Positions 18,440 to 26,907 of a stretch of DNA of 64,000 nt are shown piece by piece (the stretch's first letter is position 1; each line of letters opens with the position of its first letter). Source of the stretch: an uncultured Gammaproteobacteria bacterium (GTDB lineage: Bacteria; Patescibacteriota; Patescibacteriia; Magasanikbacterales; UBA922); contig CAZMHV010000001.1 in the NCBI GenBank assembly GCA_964566225.1, forward strand, positions 85,963-149,962. Direction: 5' to 3'. Below the pieces are notes generated by a model. It was given only the letters and a program-made list of their open reading frames with translations, had not been told where the DNA came from and made no database searches. The position numbers were made by a program, and so were the translations under genes.

Positions 18440-18474
18440 TGTTCTACTTTCAAACCAAGGCAGGGGAAAGTTTG

Positions 18475-18783
18475 ATGAGTATCGAGGTGGGGACACTGAT
18501 CCTCTGTGCTCTCACTTCTGGAGAGCGCACGCTTGCTGATTTGATGGAGATTCTTCTGAAGCTGAGTCGTGGCATGCAGGCGTTTTCACCTGCGGCGATC
18601 AATATTCAGCTTCTAGAGTGGAAGAACGCCGGCTTCATCGAGTATGAGGCCAGAAATCCGCTCACCGGGTCCATAGCCAAGCTGAAACCTGAGGGAAGGC
18701 ACTACCTGCTCAAGTCACCCGAGATGGTGTTCGTGCGTACTGCACTGAACCGCCTCGCCGAGGAGAATCAAGGCGAGACCTAG
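18475..18783 (+). CDS. Small winged-helix transcriptional regulator, PadR-like (high-GC cassette between def and fmt)
   Basis: 102 aa. GERTLADLMEIL...SRG...SPAAINIQLLEWKNAGFIEYE fits the PadR pattern (recognition helix followed by a wing and the L-x-x-L-E-x-x-G-x-I motif). GC3 is elevated. Confidence 0.45.
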   Translation: MSIEVGTLILCALTSGERTLADLMEILLKLSRGMQAFSPAAINIQLLEWKNAGFIEYEARNPLTGSIAKLKPEGRHYLLKSPEMVFVRTALNRLAEENQGET

Positions 18784-18808
18784 GCGTTCCCCCTCGAACG
18801 TCGTCAAG

Positions 18809-18835
18809 TGAGACCTGTCCACCGTGTGGGCAGGT
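18809..18835 (+). terminator. GC hairpin (gacctgtccac cgt gtgggcaggtc) after the PadR-like gene
   Basis: 11-bp inverted repeat with one mismatch, 25 nt after the stop. Confidence 0.35.
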
Positions 18836-18854
18836 CAATGTGTTTTTAAACAAA

Positions 18855-18881
18855 AAAGTCTGTTATTCGTACAGACTTTTT
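18855..18881. terminator. Bidirectional terminator (agtctgttattcgtacagact with flanking A/T runs) at the 3' end of def
   Basis: Inverted repeat with an A-run upstream and a T-run downstream, abutting the def stop at 18882. Confidence 0.45.
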
Positions 18882-19394
18882 TTAATCCACATCGTATATG
18901 TCTATGGCTTTGTCAATAAAGAGTATACCATCGAGGTGGTCGACTTCGTGTTGAATAACACGGGCAAAGAATTTTTTGGCTACAAAGTTGAGGGGGTTTC
19001 CATGTTCGTCCATGGCATTGACTTGGATTTCAGTGTAACGTTTTACCTTGCCATATTGTTTGGGAACAGACAGACATCCTTCGGTATCCCAGGCAGTTTT
19101 TTTGCTCAGGCGTTCCCATACTGGGTTGACCAGTACTAAGTCTTTGGTTGCTTTGGATTTTTTTTTGGATTCACCTGGTCGTTCATCCATGTGCACGGCT
19201 TCTTTGCCAATTACACAAACACGAATATTGTGTCCTACTTGTGGTGCAGCGAGGCCAATGCCGTCGTCCCCATACATGGTAGGAATCATATCACGAATAA
19301 GTTTTTGAACATTGTTTGATAACAAAACATCACGATCAATTTCTACTGATCGCTCTCGTAAACTTGGTGTAGGGAGTTTGACGATGGGTGACAT
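18882..19394 (-). CDS. def: Peptide deformylase
   Basis: All three PDF motifs are present: GIGLAAPQ, GCLSVP and QHEVDHLDG. Confidence 0.9.
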   Translation of the reverse strand: MSPIVKLPTPSLRERSVEIDRDVLLSNNVQKLIRDMIPTMYGDDGIGLAAPQVGHNIRVCVIGKEAVHMDERPGESKKKSKATKDLVLVNPVWERLSKKTAWDTEGCLSVPKQYGKVKRYTEIQVNAMDEHGNPLNFVAKKFFARVIQHEVDHLDGILFIDKAIDIYDVD

Positions 19395-19395
19395 A

Positions 19396-21300
19396 CTAAG
19401 GATGTAACAGGGTGTTTGGGTTCAAATCAATTTTCCAACCATTTGGGATATGTGAGTGTAGTTCTAATACAATTTCTTGCCAATTTTTTGCTTCAATTTT
19501 CATTATTATACCATACCACCAACGCCCACGGAAATATTTTGGTTGCATTTCAATTGGGTCAGTGAGTATAGCCTGTTTTTCATATTTTGTCAACACAACT
19601 TCCATCGCACGTTTGACTTTTTTTGCTTCATATAGAGAATTTTGAGCATCTTCTGCACCATAAAAGTATCGTACCAAAAATCCATATGGGGGGTAGTGAA
19701 GTCCTTGTCGACTACTCAAATTTGTCCGATAAAACCGATCTGGTTGAGAGAGAGATTTTATGAGCAGCTGTTTGGTATCCCAGGTTTGAATAATATATTG
19801 ACTTTGGGGTGCACGAATATACTGGAGTTCTTGAATCAGATCCCAGGCATATTCTGAGGCTTTGAATTCGGGCAAAGAAACTTGCCGATCAAGATCAAGC
19901 ATGACAATGCATGAAGTTTTTGTAGGGTCTATATACTCAAACGCTTTTTCTGTGCCAATAATCACCTTGGGCACAGGAGTATTTGGCAACTCGTTTTTAT
20001 CAATTTCTTGTTCTCCTTCAATTCGGAGAATCTGTTTTTGACTTCCTTTGAGAAGTTCTTTTACTCTTTTTTCGACACTTTCTGTCCCTACTCCTTTGAA
20101 CTCCAGGACCACACTCCCACATTGGTTACACGAGAGGGGAACAGGTTTTTGAATTTTGCAGTAATGACAAGACAAAATTTTTTGATCCGCATGATATACA
20201 AAAGGGAGTGAGCAGGTAGGACATTTTTCTTCATAACGACAATCTTTACAAATCATAACAGAACCCGCACCTTTACGGTTGATAAACAAAAAAATATCTC
20301 CGGGTGAGTTTTGTACCAAGGTTTCCACTTCTTCACACAGTGGTGACAGATTCCCTGCTTTTCGTTCGTCACGCATGTCTTTGATTCGTGGTAAAAAGTT
20401 TTTATTAATACTGGTAAATTGGAGAGTTTGCTCTGCATTGGTATTGGCATACCCGCCCTTGTATAGACGATAATAACTCTCCATACTTGGACAATAGCTC
20501 ATGTGAATTTCCGTGGCTCCACTATACTGTGCTATGAGTGGAGTAATATCTTTGATATGAAAACGAGGAGCTTGGTCAGCATTTTTGTGTTCCTTGTGAT
20601 GTTCATAGTCTACAATAATGGTATCAAGTTGCATGAGCGGCAAAAAGGCACCACTTCGAGTAGAGAGAACAATATTTTTTTCTTTATTTCGTATGGCCGT
20701 CCAAATTTTTCGTTGTTCTATTGTTTTGAGCTCACCATGCCAAAACACGGTTTGCTTTTGCATTTCTTTGGGCAAAAAGTCAAATACTGTTTGGAGGTAT
20801 TGTTTTTCGGGAACAAAAATAATGGTCTGACCGTGTATGGACTCAACAATACATTGTTGGTGTTGGAGAGTATTTGAATATTTTTTGTAGAGAGGAAGTT
20901 GTCTCTGGTGTGAACGAGTTGGCAAGGGGGGGACAGATAACTGCGCTGTGGTACGCGGCGTCAAGGAAGGCAGTGCATTTTCACACAGAGTAGAAAGGGC
21001 TACTCCATAGAGTTGGCTTACTTGTTTCAAAAATACAAGGTATTCGCGGGATAAAAATGGTTGTGGAAAAATAATTTGAGAAATTGGTTTTATTTTTGTT
21101 TTTTCTAAGGTATCAGTTTGTTCAAGCGAAAAAATAATCCCCAAGGTTTGGGAATTTCGAAAGGGAATTTGTACGAGTTGCCCAACTTGAAGAGTTTCCT
21201 TCAGTTCAGGCGGCACCAGGTACGTAAAAGTATCAAACGCCTTGGGGAGTCGACGTAGGAGTATGAGAGAAGCCAGCACAGTTTGTATGTTAAAAAACAA
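19396..21300 (-). CDS. priA: Primosomal protein N' (PriA), apparently lacking the Walker A motif
   Basis: Cys-rich zinc-binding insert CKDCRYEEKCPTCSLPFVYHADQKILSCHYCKIQKPVPLSCNQCGS. Motif-II-like LSTRSGAFLP...IIVDYEHH. No GxGKT motif found by eye. Confidence 0.7.
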   Translation of the reverse strand: MFFNIQTVLASLILLRRLPKAFDTFTYLVPPELKETLQVGQLVQIPFRNSQTLGIIFSLEQTDTLEKTKIKPISQIIFPQPFLSREYLVFLKQVSQLYGVALSTLCENALPSLTPRTTAQLSVPPLPTRSHQRQLPLYKKYSNTLQHQQCIVESIHGQTIIFVPEKQYLQTVFDFLPKEMQKQTVFWHGELKTIEQRKIWTAIRNKEKNIVLSTRSGAFLPLMQLDTIIVDYEHHKEHKNADQAPRFHIKDITPLIAQYSGATEIHMSYCPSMESYYRLYKGGYANTNAEQTLQFTSINKNFLPRIKDMRDERKAGNLSPLCEEVETLVQNSPGDIFLFINRKGAGSVMICKDCRYEEKCPTCSLPFVYHADQKILSCHYCKIQKPVPLSCNQCGSVVLEFKGVGTESVEKRVKELLKGSQKQILRIEGEQEIDKNELPNTPVPKVIIGTEKAFEYIDPTKTSCIVMLDLDRQVSLPEFKASEYAWDLIQELQYIRAPQSQYIIQTWDTKQLLIKSLSQPDRFYRTNLSSRQGLHYPPYGFLVRYFYGAEDAQNSLYEAKKVKRAMEVVLTKYEKQAILTDPIEMQPKYFRGRWWYGIIMKIEAKNWQEIVLELHSHIPNGWKIDLNPNTLLHP

Positions 21301-22078
21301 AATGTCCTGTGAGGTATCCTACACCAAAAGGAGCTTCGTAGCAAAGGCGTTTAAATTTGAAGTCAACATTTTTCAAAATTCCAAGCAGTATAAGCAGTGA
21401 TCGGTAGCCACATTCTTCGGCTTTGGCAATCATATCTGGGTTCATTTGAGCAATTCCGAGGGTGTTTCTCGTTTCCAAGAGTGCTATCAACTCTTCGTCA
21501 AATTTTTTTCCTTCGAGACGAAATCCTCCAGGTACTTTTTCATTCAAATGGTGTGAGAGATCTCCCGAGGCAATAACGGCTACTCGTTTGTCTGTACTCA
21601 TAATAACTTCTTTCATGAGTTCTCCAAAGTCCAAGTGTTCTTTGGGGCTGAGTTTGCTATATCCGACGGGAACAATTTTAAAGTTTTCCAAATGTGAAGT
21701 GAGCAGTGAAAGTGGAACACTGGCACCATAGCTGAGTGATGGTTCACTAATAAGGCGAAGTGGAAATGCATGGTTGTTGCCCGCATGACTGAGCTTGGCT
21801 GCAAAGTCTGGACTGCCTTTCCAATTGAATGTGGTAAGTACATCACCAAATCGTTCAAAACGAGCTGTAAAATCTGTATAAGCGTTAATCACAAATGCAT
21901 CTGGGTAAATACCTTCGTGGGGAGAGATAACCAAAATAATTTGTGGTTTGGTCAAATACAGTTCTTGTTCAAGTTCCAAAAATGCTTGTTTGGTCTGGCT
22001 CAGTTCGTTTATATCTTTTCCAATGTTTGGGAGCAAAATTGGAGGGTGGGGTGTAATCGCAGCAAAAGTGAGTGACAT
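21290..22078 (-). CDS. Class III extradiol dioxygenase (LigB/DODA, MEMO-like) family protein
   Basis: N-terminus AITPHPPILLP...VISPHEG has the DODA/YgiD pattern. 262 aa. Overlaps priA by 11 nt. Confidence 0.45.
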   Translation of the reverse strand: MSLTFAAITPHPPILLPNIGKDINELSQTKQAFLELEQELYLTKPQIILVISPHEGIYPDAFVINAYTDFTARFERFGDVLTTFNWKGSPDFAAKLSHAGNNHAFPLRLISEPSLSYGASVPLSLLTSHLENFKIVPVGYSKLSPKEHLDFGELMKEVIMSTDKRVAVIASGDLSHHLNEKVPGGFRLEGKKFDEELIALLETRNTLGIAQMNPDMIAKAEECGYRSLLILLGILKNVDFKFKRLCYEAPFGVGYLTGHFVF

Positions 22079-22081
22079 AGT

Positions 22082-24364
22082 TTAAAAATTTTCCATAGCC
22101 CATCGTGCAATCTTTTCTGGCTCATCAAAGCGATGTGCGTAGTCAGGATTACCCATGGTAATAATAACAAATTTCTTTTTATCAGATTTTCTTTCAACCA
22201 CCATGGCAAGACCTGCGCCTGCTTCGTCAAGGTACCCAGTTTTACTGGTAAGGATCGTAAATGGGAGGCCTGCTTTGTTCATGAGTAAGTTACTGTTTTC
22301 ATCAAAGTGATTTGGTTTTCCATCTTTATCAAGTTTTTCACTGTACTGGTAACTTTTTGCTCCCAAAAATTGTTTTAAGTCCAGTAGGTCAGATGCTCGA
22401 GAAAAAATCTTGAGGTATTCTCGGGCAGTACTTACATTACCAACATCCTCTCCTGTCACATCTACAAATTTTGTTTTCGCAAGTCCAAATGTTTTTACTT
22501 GGGTATTCATTCGTTTAATAAATGCAGATTCGTTTTTTTCAACACTGTCTACCAACATTCGTGACGCTGTATTGATAGAGGATACCAGCATCGCAGACAT
22601 GAGATCTTGATTGGTAATTTTTTCACCACTGGCTACACGAAAAGTTCCATAGGTAGCTTTGTGTTCGGCTGGTGTGTAGGTAACGGTTCGAGTCATTTTT
22701 ATGCCTTCTTGTTCCAGTCGATAGGCTGTCATAACTTTGGTAAAAGAAGCAAGTGGTCTTACAAAGTCAATATTTTTGCCTGCCAAAACTTTTTGTGTGC
22801 CAAAGTCTGCTACCAAGTATGTCTCTACTGGTGTGGTAAATTGTTTCCCCACAAAGCTCAAATCTTTTTCAGGTGTTGTAATCATTTTTTGTCCTGAGTC
22901 ACCGCTTGGTGTTTCATCTCCACTCACTGTTATGGGAACGGTATTGGGTGTGTTTGAAGAAGGTGAAGTGGCAACCATGTTGTCACGTAAAAATATACTC
23001 TGTCCTGTTTTGTGATAGATACCAGTTATAACATCAACGGGAATGACGTTTTTGAATGAAAGCCCCCATCCAACAAACGCTTCGTAACTAATATGACGTT
23101 TTTGTCCATGTTCAATGAAATAAATTTCTGGTGATCCTTCAATTTGGATAAGCGTACCATCTTGAAACAAAATAGGGTCACCCAAAGTAAGTGTGTGCAA
23201 ATAGCTAATAGGTTTTTTTGTTTCAGTTAGTCCTGGATACTGTGTACGAGCAATCGCATTGTGCATAATAGGACGGTATATTCCGTCTTTTACAAAGTAG
23301 AGTTGATTGTTTTCTTGAATACGAACAAGTTCTCCGACTGGTGCCGATGTTTCTGTGGTAATGATACTGCCTGTTTGGAGTCCCACAAGGTCGGCGTCTT
23401 GTACTTGTAAAATTTCATCCGGATTATATCCAAGTTTTCGGACAACTTCAAAACTTGCAAATGGGTGAAGTGTATCGTAATCAAGTAAGTAATAATTTTC
23501 ACCATTTTTTAAGAGTGAATAGTTTGGCAGAGAAATAGGTTCAAGGGTACTATAACGAATAAGCTCAGACTCAGGAGCATTGATAATGAGATTTGGGTTA
23601 TAACGACTTGAAAGTGCGGCCATGCTATTGAATGGACGTTTTTTTCCATCTTGAATAAGGTAAACAGTATTATTGACTACTGATTTTACCAAAGTTCCAT
23701 CAGGGAATACTTGGTCAAACCATTTTTGCCACAGTTTCCAAAAATTTTGGTTTCCTTGGATATGTGGTGTATACGTATACAAAAAAGCAGTGGCCTGTGT
23801 GGCAGGAACAACGGTTTGTCCATCAATGTTATATGAAGTATTTGATCGTTTAATCCAACTTTGGGAAGGTACATTGTCATAATACCAGCGCATAATACCT
23901 GCCGCACTATCAACCTGATTTCCTAAACCTCGGTATTTTTGAATTTTTGGGTCGTCCATGGAGCAGGCATCACACACACCGTATCCGGTGGCCCAGTCAA
24001 GTTGTTTTTGTGTAGGATTGTCTTCGGTGATGAGACTTTGTTCTTTTTGGAGTTTTACCAGTAAATATTTTGGGTTTATTTTATAATTTTGTGCAGCTTC
24101 TTGAATAATTTTTGCTGTACTTTTGGGTATGCCGTCTTTGTCTGGGGTTTGAATTCTGCCAATATAGCTTCGGTGATCATTTAAAAATGCCTGGATGTCT
24201 CCTTCGTTCATGCACTGCCAGTTTTGCATTTCATCGTCACTAATAATGAAGTTTGGATTAAAGTCGGCCGCTGCTGCCAAGGCAAGAGACGGAGAAAGAA
24301 GAGAGAGTATTGATAAAAAAATTATCGAAGTTTTGGTTCGGTAGTTCATAAAGTATAAGATCAC
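22082..24364 (-). CDS. Secreted serine-type D-Ala-D-Ala carboxypeptidase (peptidase S11) with a ~450-aa N-terminal extension
   Basis: Signal peptide present. The C-terminal third has the SxxK (ASFTKVMTAY), SxN-like and KTG (LTSKTGY) motifs. Confidence 0.7.
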   Translation of the reverse strand: MILYFMNYRTKTSIIFLSILSLLSPSLALAAAADFNPNFIISDDEMQNWQCMNEGDIQAFLNDHRSYIGRIQTPDKDGIPKSTAKIIQEAAQNYKINPKYLLVKLQKEQSLITEDNPTQKQLDWATGYGVCDACSMDDPKIQKYRGLGNQVDSAAGIMRWYYDNVPSQSWIKRSNTSYNIDGQTVVPATQATAFLYTYTPHIQGNQNFWKLWQKWFDQVFPDGTLVKSVVNNTVYLIQDGKKRPFNSMAALSSRYNPNLIINAPESELIRYSTLEPISLPNYSLLKNGENYYLLDYDTLHPFASFEVVRKLGYNPDEILQVQDADLVGLQTGSIITTETSAPVGELVRIQENNQLYFVKDGIYRPIMHNAIARTQYPGLTETKKPISYLHTLTLGDPILFQDGTLIQIEGSPEIYFIEHGQKRHISYEAFVGWGLSFKNVIPVDVITGIYHKTGQSIFLRDNMVATSPSSNTPNTVPITVSGDETPSGDSGQKMITTPEKDLSFVGKQFTTPVETYLVADFGTQKVLAGKNIDFVRPLASFTKVMTAYRLEQEGIKMTRTVTYTPAEHKATYGTFRVASGEKITNQDLMSAMLVSSINTASRMLVDSVEKNESAFIKRMNTQVKTFGLAKTKFVDVTGEDVGNVSTAREYLKIFSRASDLLDLKQFLGAKSYQYSEKLDKDGKPNHFDENSNLLMNKAGLPFTILTSKTGYLDEAGAGLAMVVERKSDKKKFVIITMGNPDYAHRFDEPEKIARWAMENF

Positions 24365-24567
24365 AAAATGTAAAGTTAGTATACCATATTGTGACGTTTG
24401 TCAAAAGTTTTTCTTTCTCTCGGTAAACAGATCTTTTTTATGTTGATTTTTAGCGTATTTTTCACTATACTCGCAATTGCGCACAATCCTGGTAGGTGTT
24501 TGGAAGTTTGACAAAGCAATGAAGGTTGCTTTTTTTGTTTGTTTTTGCTAAAATACTTTATATATCT

Positions 24568-25239
24568 ATGGCTGGAACTCTCTCTATTGTCGCCACTCCC
24601 ATTGGGAATTTGGGTGACATAACACTGCGCGCACTTGAAACACTGAAAAGTGTTGATTTTATTTTGTGTGAAGATACTCGCAATACCCAAAAGCTTCTCA
24701 ATCATTTTGATATCAAAACTCCAACCCTGAGTTATCACCAGCATAGTGATTTTAAACGAATACAAGAAATTGAAGCACTCCTTGAAGAAGGAAAAAATTT
24801 GGCACTGGTGACGGACGCAGGCACACCAGGAATATCAGACCCAGGAAATTTATTAATTGAAGAACTTACAAAAAATCAAAAACAAGTAAATATTGTCTCT
24901 GTCCCAGGTGCTTCTGCGGTAGTGGCCGCACTATCTCTGTCTGGGTTTGCAACCGACAAATTTCTTTTTCTTGGGTTTCCTCCTCACAAAAATAAAAGAC
25001 AAAAATTTTTTCAAACCGTGGCACAGAGTGAGTACACGGTAGCTTTTTATGAATCCAATCATCGTATTGCCAAAGCCTTACAAAGTTTGTCTGAACTTTT
25101 GTCAGAAGATCGGCAAGTATGTGTCTGCCGAGAAATTACCAAAGCTTTTGAAAGTACCTACCGTGGAACCATGTCACAAATTTTAGCCATGAAAATTCCC
25201 GAAAAAGGAGAATTTGTGGTACTGGTAAAAGGAAAATAA
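24568..25239 (+). CDS. rsmI: 16S rRNA (cytidine1402-2'-O)-methyltransferase
   Basis: GTLSIVATPIGNLGDITLRALETLKSVDFILCEDTR, the tetrapyrrole-methylase-fold RsmI signature. Start chosen at MAGTL. Confidence 0.85.
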   Translation: MAGTLSIVATPIGNLGDITLRALETLKSVDFILCEDTRNTQKLLNHFDIKTPTLSYHQHSDFKRIQEIEALLEEGKNLALVTDAGTPGISDPGNLLIEELTKNQKQVNIVSVPGASAVVAALSLSGFATDKFLFLGFPPHKNKRQKFFQTVAQSEYTVAFYESNHRIAKALQSLSELLSEDRQVCVCREITKAFESTYRGTMSQILAMKIPEKGEFVVLVKGK

Positions 25240-25249
25240 GTTGTACAGA

Positions 25250-25353
25250 GGACTAAGAATATTTTATTTTTTCAATTTTGATCACCACCCGCGGCGCGGG
25301 CGGTGGTCGAAGACCCCGTTTCAAAAATTGAAAAAATAAAATATTCTTAGTCC
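25250..25353. repeat. Palindromic repeat element, copy A: 31-bp perfect AT-rich inverted arms around a 42-bp GC-rich core
   Basis: Arms ggactaagaatattttattttttcaattttg / caaaaattgaaaaaataaaatattcttagtcc. Core atcaccacccgcggcgcgggcggtggtcgaagaccccgtttc. The core and inner arms recur in reverse orientation at 29391..29501. Confidence 0.8.
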
Positions 25354-25386
25354 GTTGACTTAAAAATAATTTACAGTAAAAATACA

Positions 25387-26901
25387 TTGCAATCTCACAA
25401 AAAACATATGCTCAGTGACTACACAAAATACAGACTCTTTGAAATCTTTCCCGGTTTCACGGTCTGGCTCACCCTCCTTGGCGCGATTGCTTTGTCATTT
25501 TTGAAACCACTCTGGATGATTTATTTTGTTATTATTTTTGATATCTACTGGGTTCTCAAAGCCGTCAATTATTCTTTTTATCTGGTGCTTTCTTGGTTTC
25601 GTTTTAAATTGGTACGCAGTGAAAATTGGAAGCACCGTATACAAAGTGAAGAAGTCGGTAAAAATTTAAAACACATTATTTTTATTACTTTGTACAACGA
25701 ACCTTGGGAAGTAGCTGAACCAAGTATTGCCGCTATGGCAGATGCAGTGTATGACAAAGAAAAATTTGTGGTGGTGATTGCAGGTGAAGCTCGCAAAGAA
25801 GATAATTTCCACGATGTATACAATAGAGCTCACCAAAAATTTGGTGATAAGTTTCATGCTATTTTAGGCACACTGCATCCGGCAACACTGGAGGGAGAAA
25901 TTCCAGGCAAAGCATCAAACCTCCATTTTTCTGAAAAAGAAGTGAATGAATATATTGAGCAGCAAGGTTGGGATAAAACAGAAGTCATTGCTACTATTTT
26001 TGATACCGATGCTATTTGTCACGAACAGTATTTTGCATATTTGGCATACGTATATTCACATCATCCAAATCCAACCAAAAGTTCGTATCAACCAATTCCA
26101 TTTTACAACAACAATTTGTGGGAGTCTGGTCCTATACTTCGTATCATGTCTTTTGGTACCAGTTTTTGGAAAATGGTCTCACTCTCTCGTCAAGATTCAC
26201 TTCATACTTTCTCGTCATATTCAATTAGTTGGCAGGCCCTTTGTGATATTGGATTTCACGACAAAACCGTGATTGGTGAAGATGCTCGTTTGTTTTATCA
26301 ATGTCAACTCAGGTACGATGGCAACTATCAAGTAACCCCATTGTATTTGCCAGTGTTCATGGACACGGTGCGTGACGATAAATGGTGGAAGAGTCTCACC
26401 AATCTGTACGTACAGCAACGTCGCTGGGCCTATGGCGTTGAGCAAATTCCTTTTTTGCTCTGGAATTTTTACAAAAAAAATACCAAAATGAGTTTTTGGA
26501 AAAAACTCAAATGGGGATTCAATGAGTGGGAGAGTAAGTGGTCCTGGTGTTGTTCTGTACTTCTCATTACTATTTTGGGTCGTTTGCCACTGTGGCTGGC
26601 ACCTGAATCTATTCGTGAGACCACATTGTTTTTCAATGCGCCACATGTACTGCAGGTACTCATGAATATTGCCATGTCTGCACTCTTTTTGTCTGTGACA
26701 TTTAGTTTACTGCTCATGCCAGTGAAACCCAAAAGTTACCCAAATTATTATTATATATTTGTTGTATTGCAGTGGCTGCTTATGCCTATTTCACTCGTGT
26801 TCATGGGAGCCTTTCCAGCGATTGATGCGGTGACACGGCTTATGCTTGGTAGATACTTGGGATATAAAGTCGCTCAAAAAAGTAGAGTTACTATTACCTA
26901 A
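25387..26901 (+). CDS. Membrane-integrated processive glycosyltransferase family 2 (cellulose/hyaluronan-synthase-like)
   Basis: N-terminal TM helices, a cytoplasmic GT-A domain, a QQRRW (Q-x-x-R-W) motif, then further TM helices. 504 aa. Confidence 0.6.
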   Translation: MQSHKKHMLSDYTKYRLFEIFPGFTVWLTLLGAIALSFLKPLWMIYFVIIFDIYWVLKAVNYSFYLVLSWFRFKLVRSENWKHRIQSEEVGKNLKHIIFITLYNEPWEVAEPSIAAMADAVYDKEKFVVVIAGEARKEDNFHDVYNRAHQKFGDKFHAILGTLHPATLEGEIPGKASNLHFSEKEVNEYIEQQGWDKTEVIATIFDTDAICHEQYFAYLAYVYSHHPNPTKSSYQPIPFYNNNLWESGPILRIMSFGTSFWKMVSLSRQDSLHTFSSYSISWQALCDIGFHDKTVIGEDARLFYQCQLRYDGNYQVTPLYLPVFMDTVRDDKWWKSLTNLYVQQRRWAYGVEQIPFLLWNFYKKNTKMSFWKKLKWGFNEWESKWSWCCSVLLITILGRLPLWLAPESIRETTLFFNAPHVLQVLMNIAMSALFLSVTFSLLLMPVKPKSYPNYYYIFVVLQWLLMPISLVFMGAFPAIDAVTRLMLGRYLGYKVAQKSRVTIT

Positions 26902-26907
26902 TTTACT

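Noticed and set aside
24376-24765. 129-aa minus-strand ORF overlapping the rsmI promoter and 5' end
   Set aside because: AT-rich antisense ORF with no motif, overlapping a well-supported gene start.
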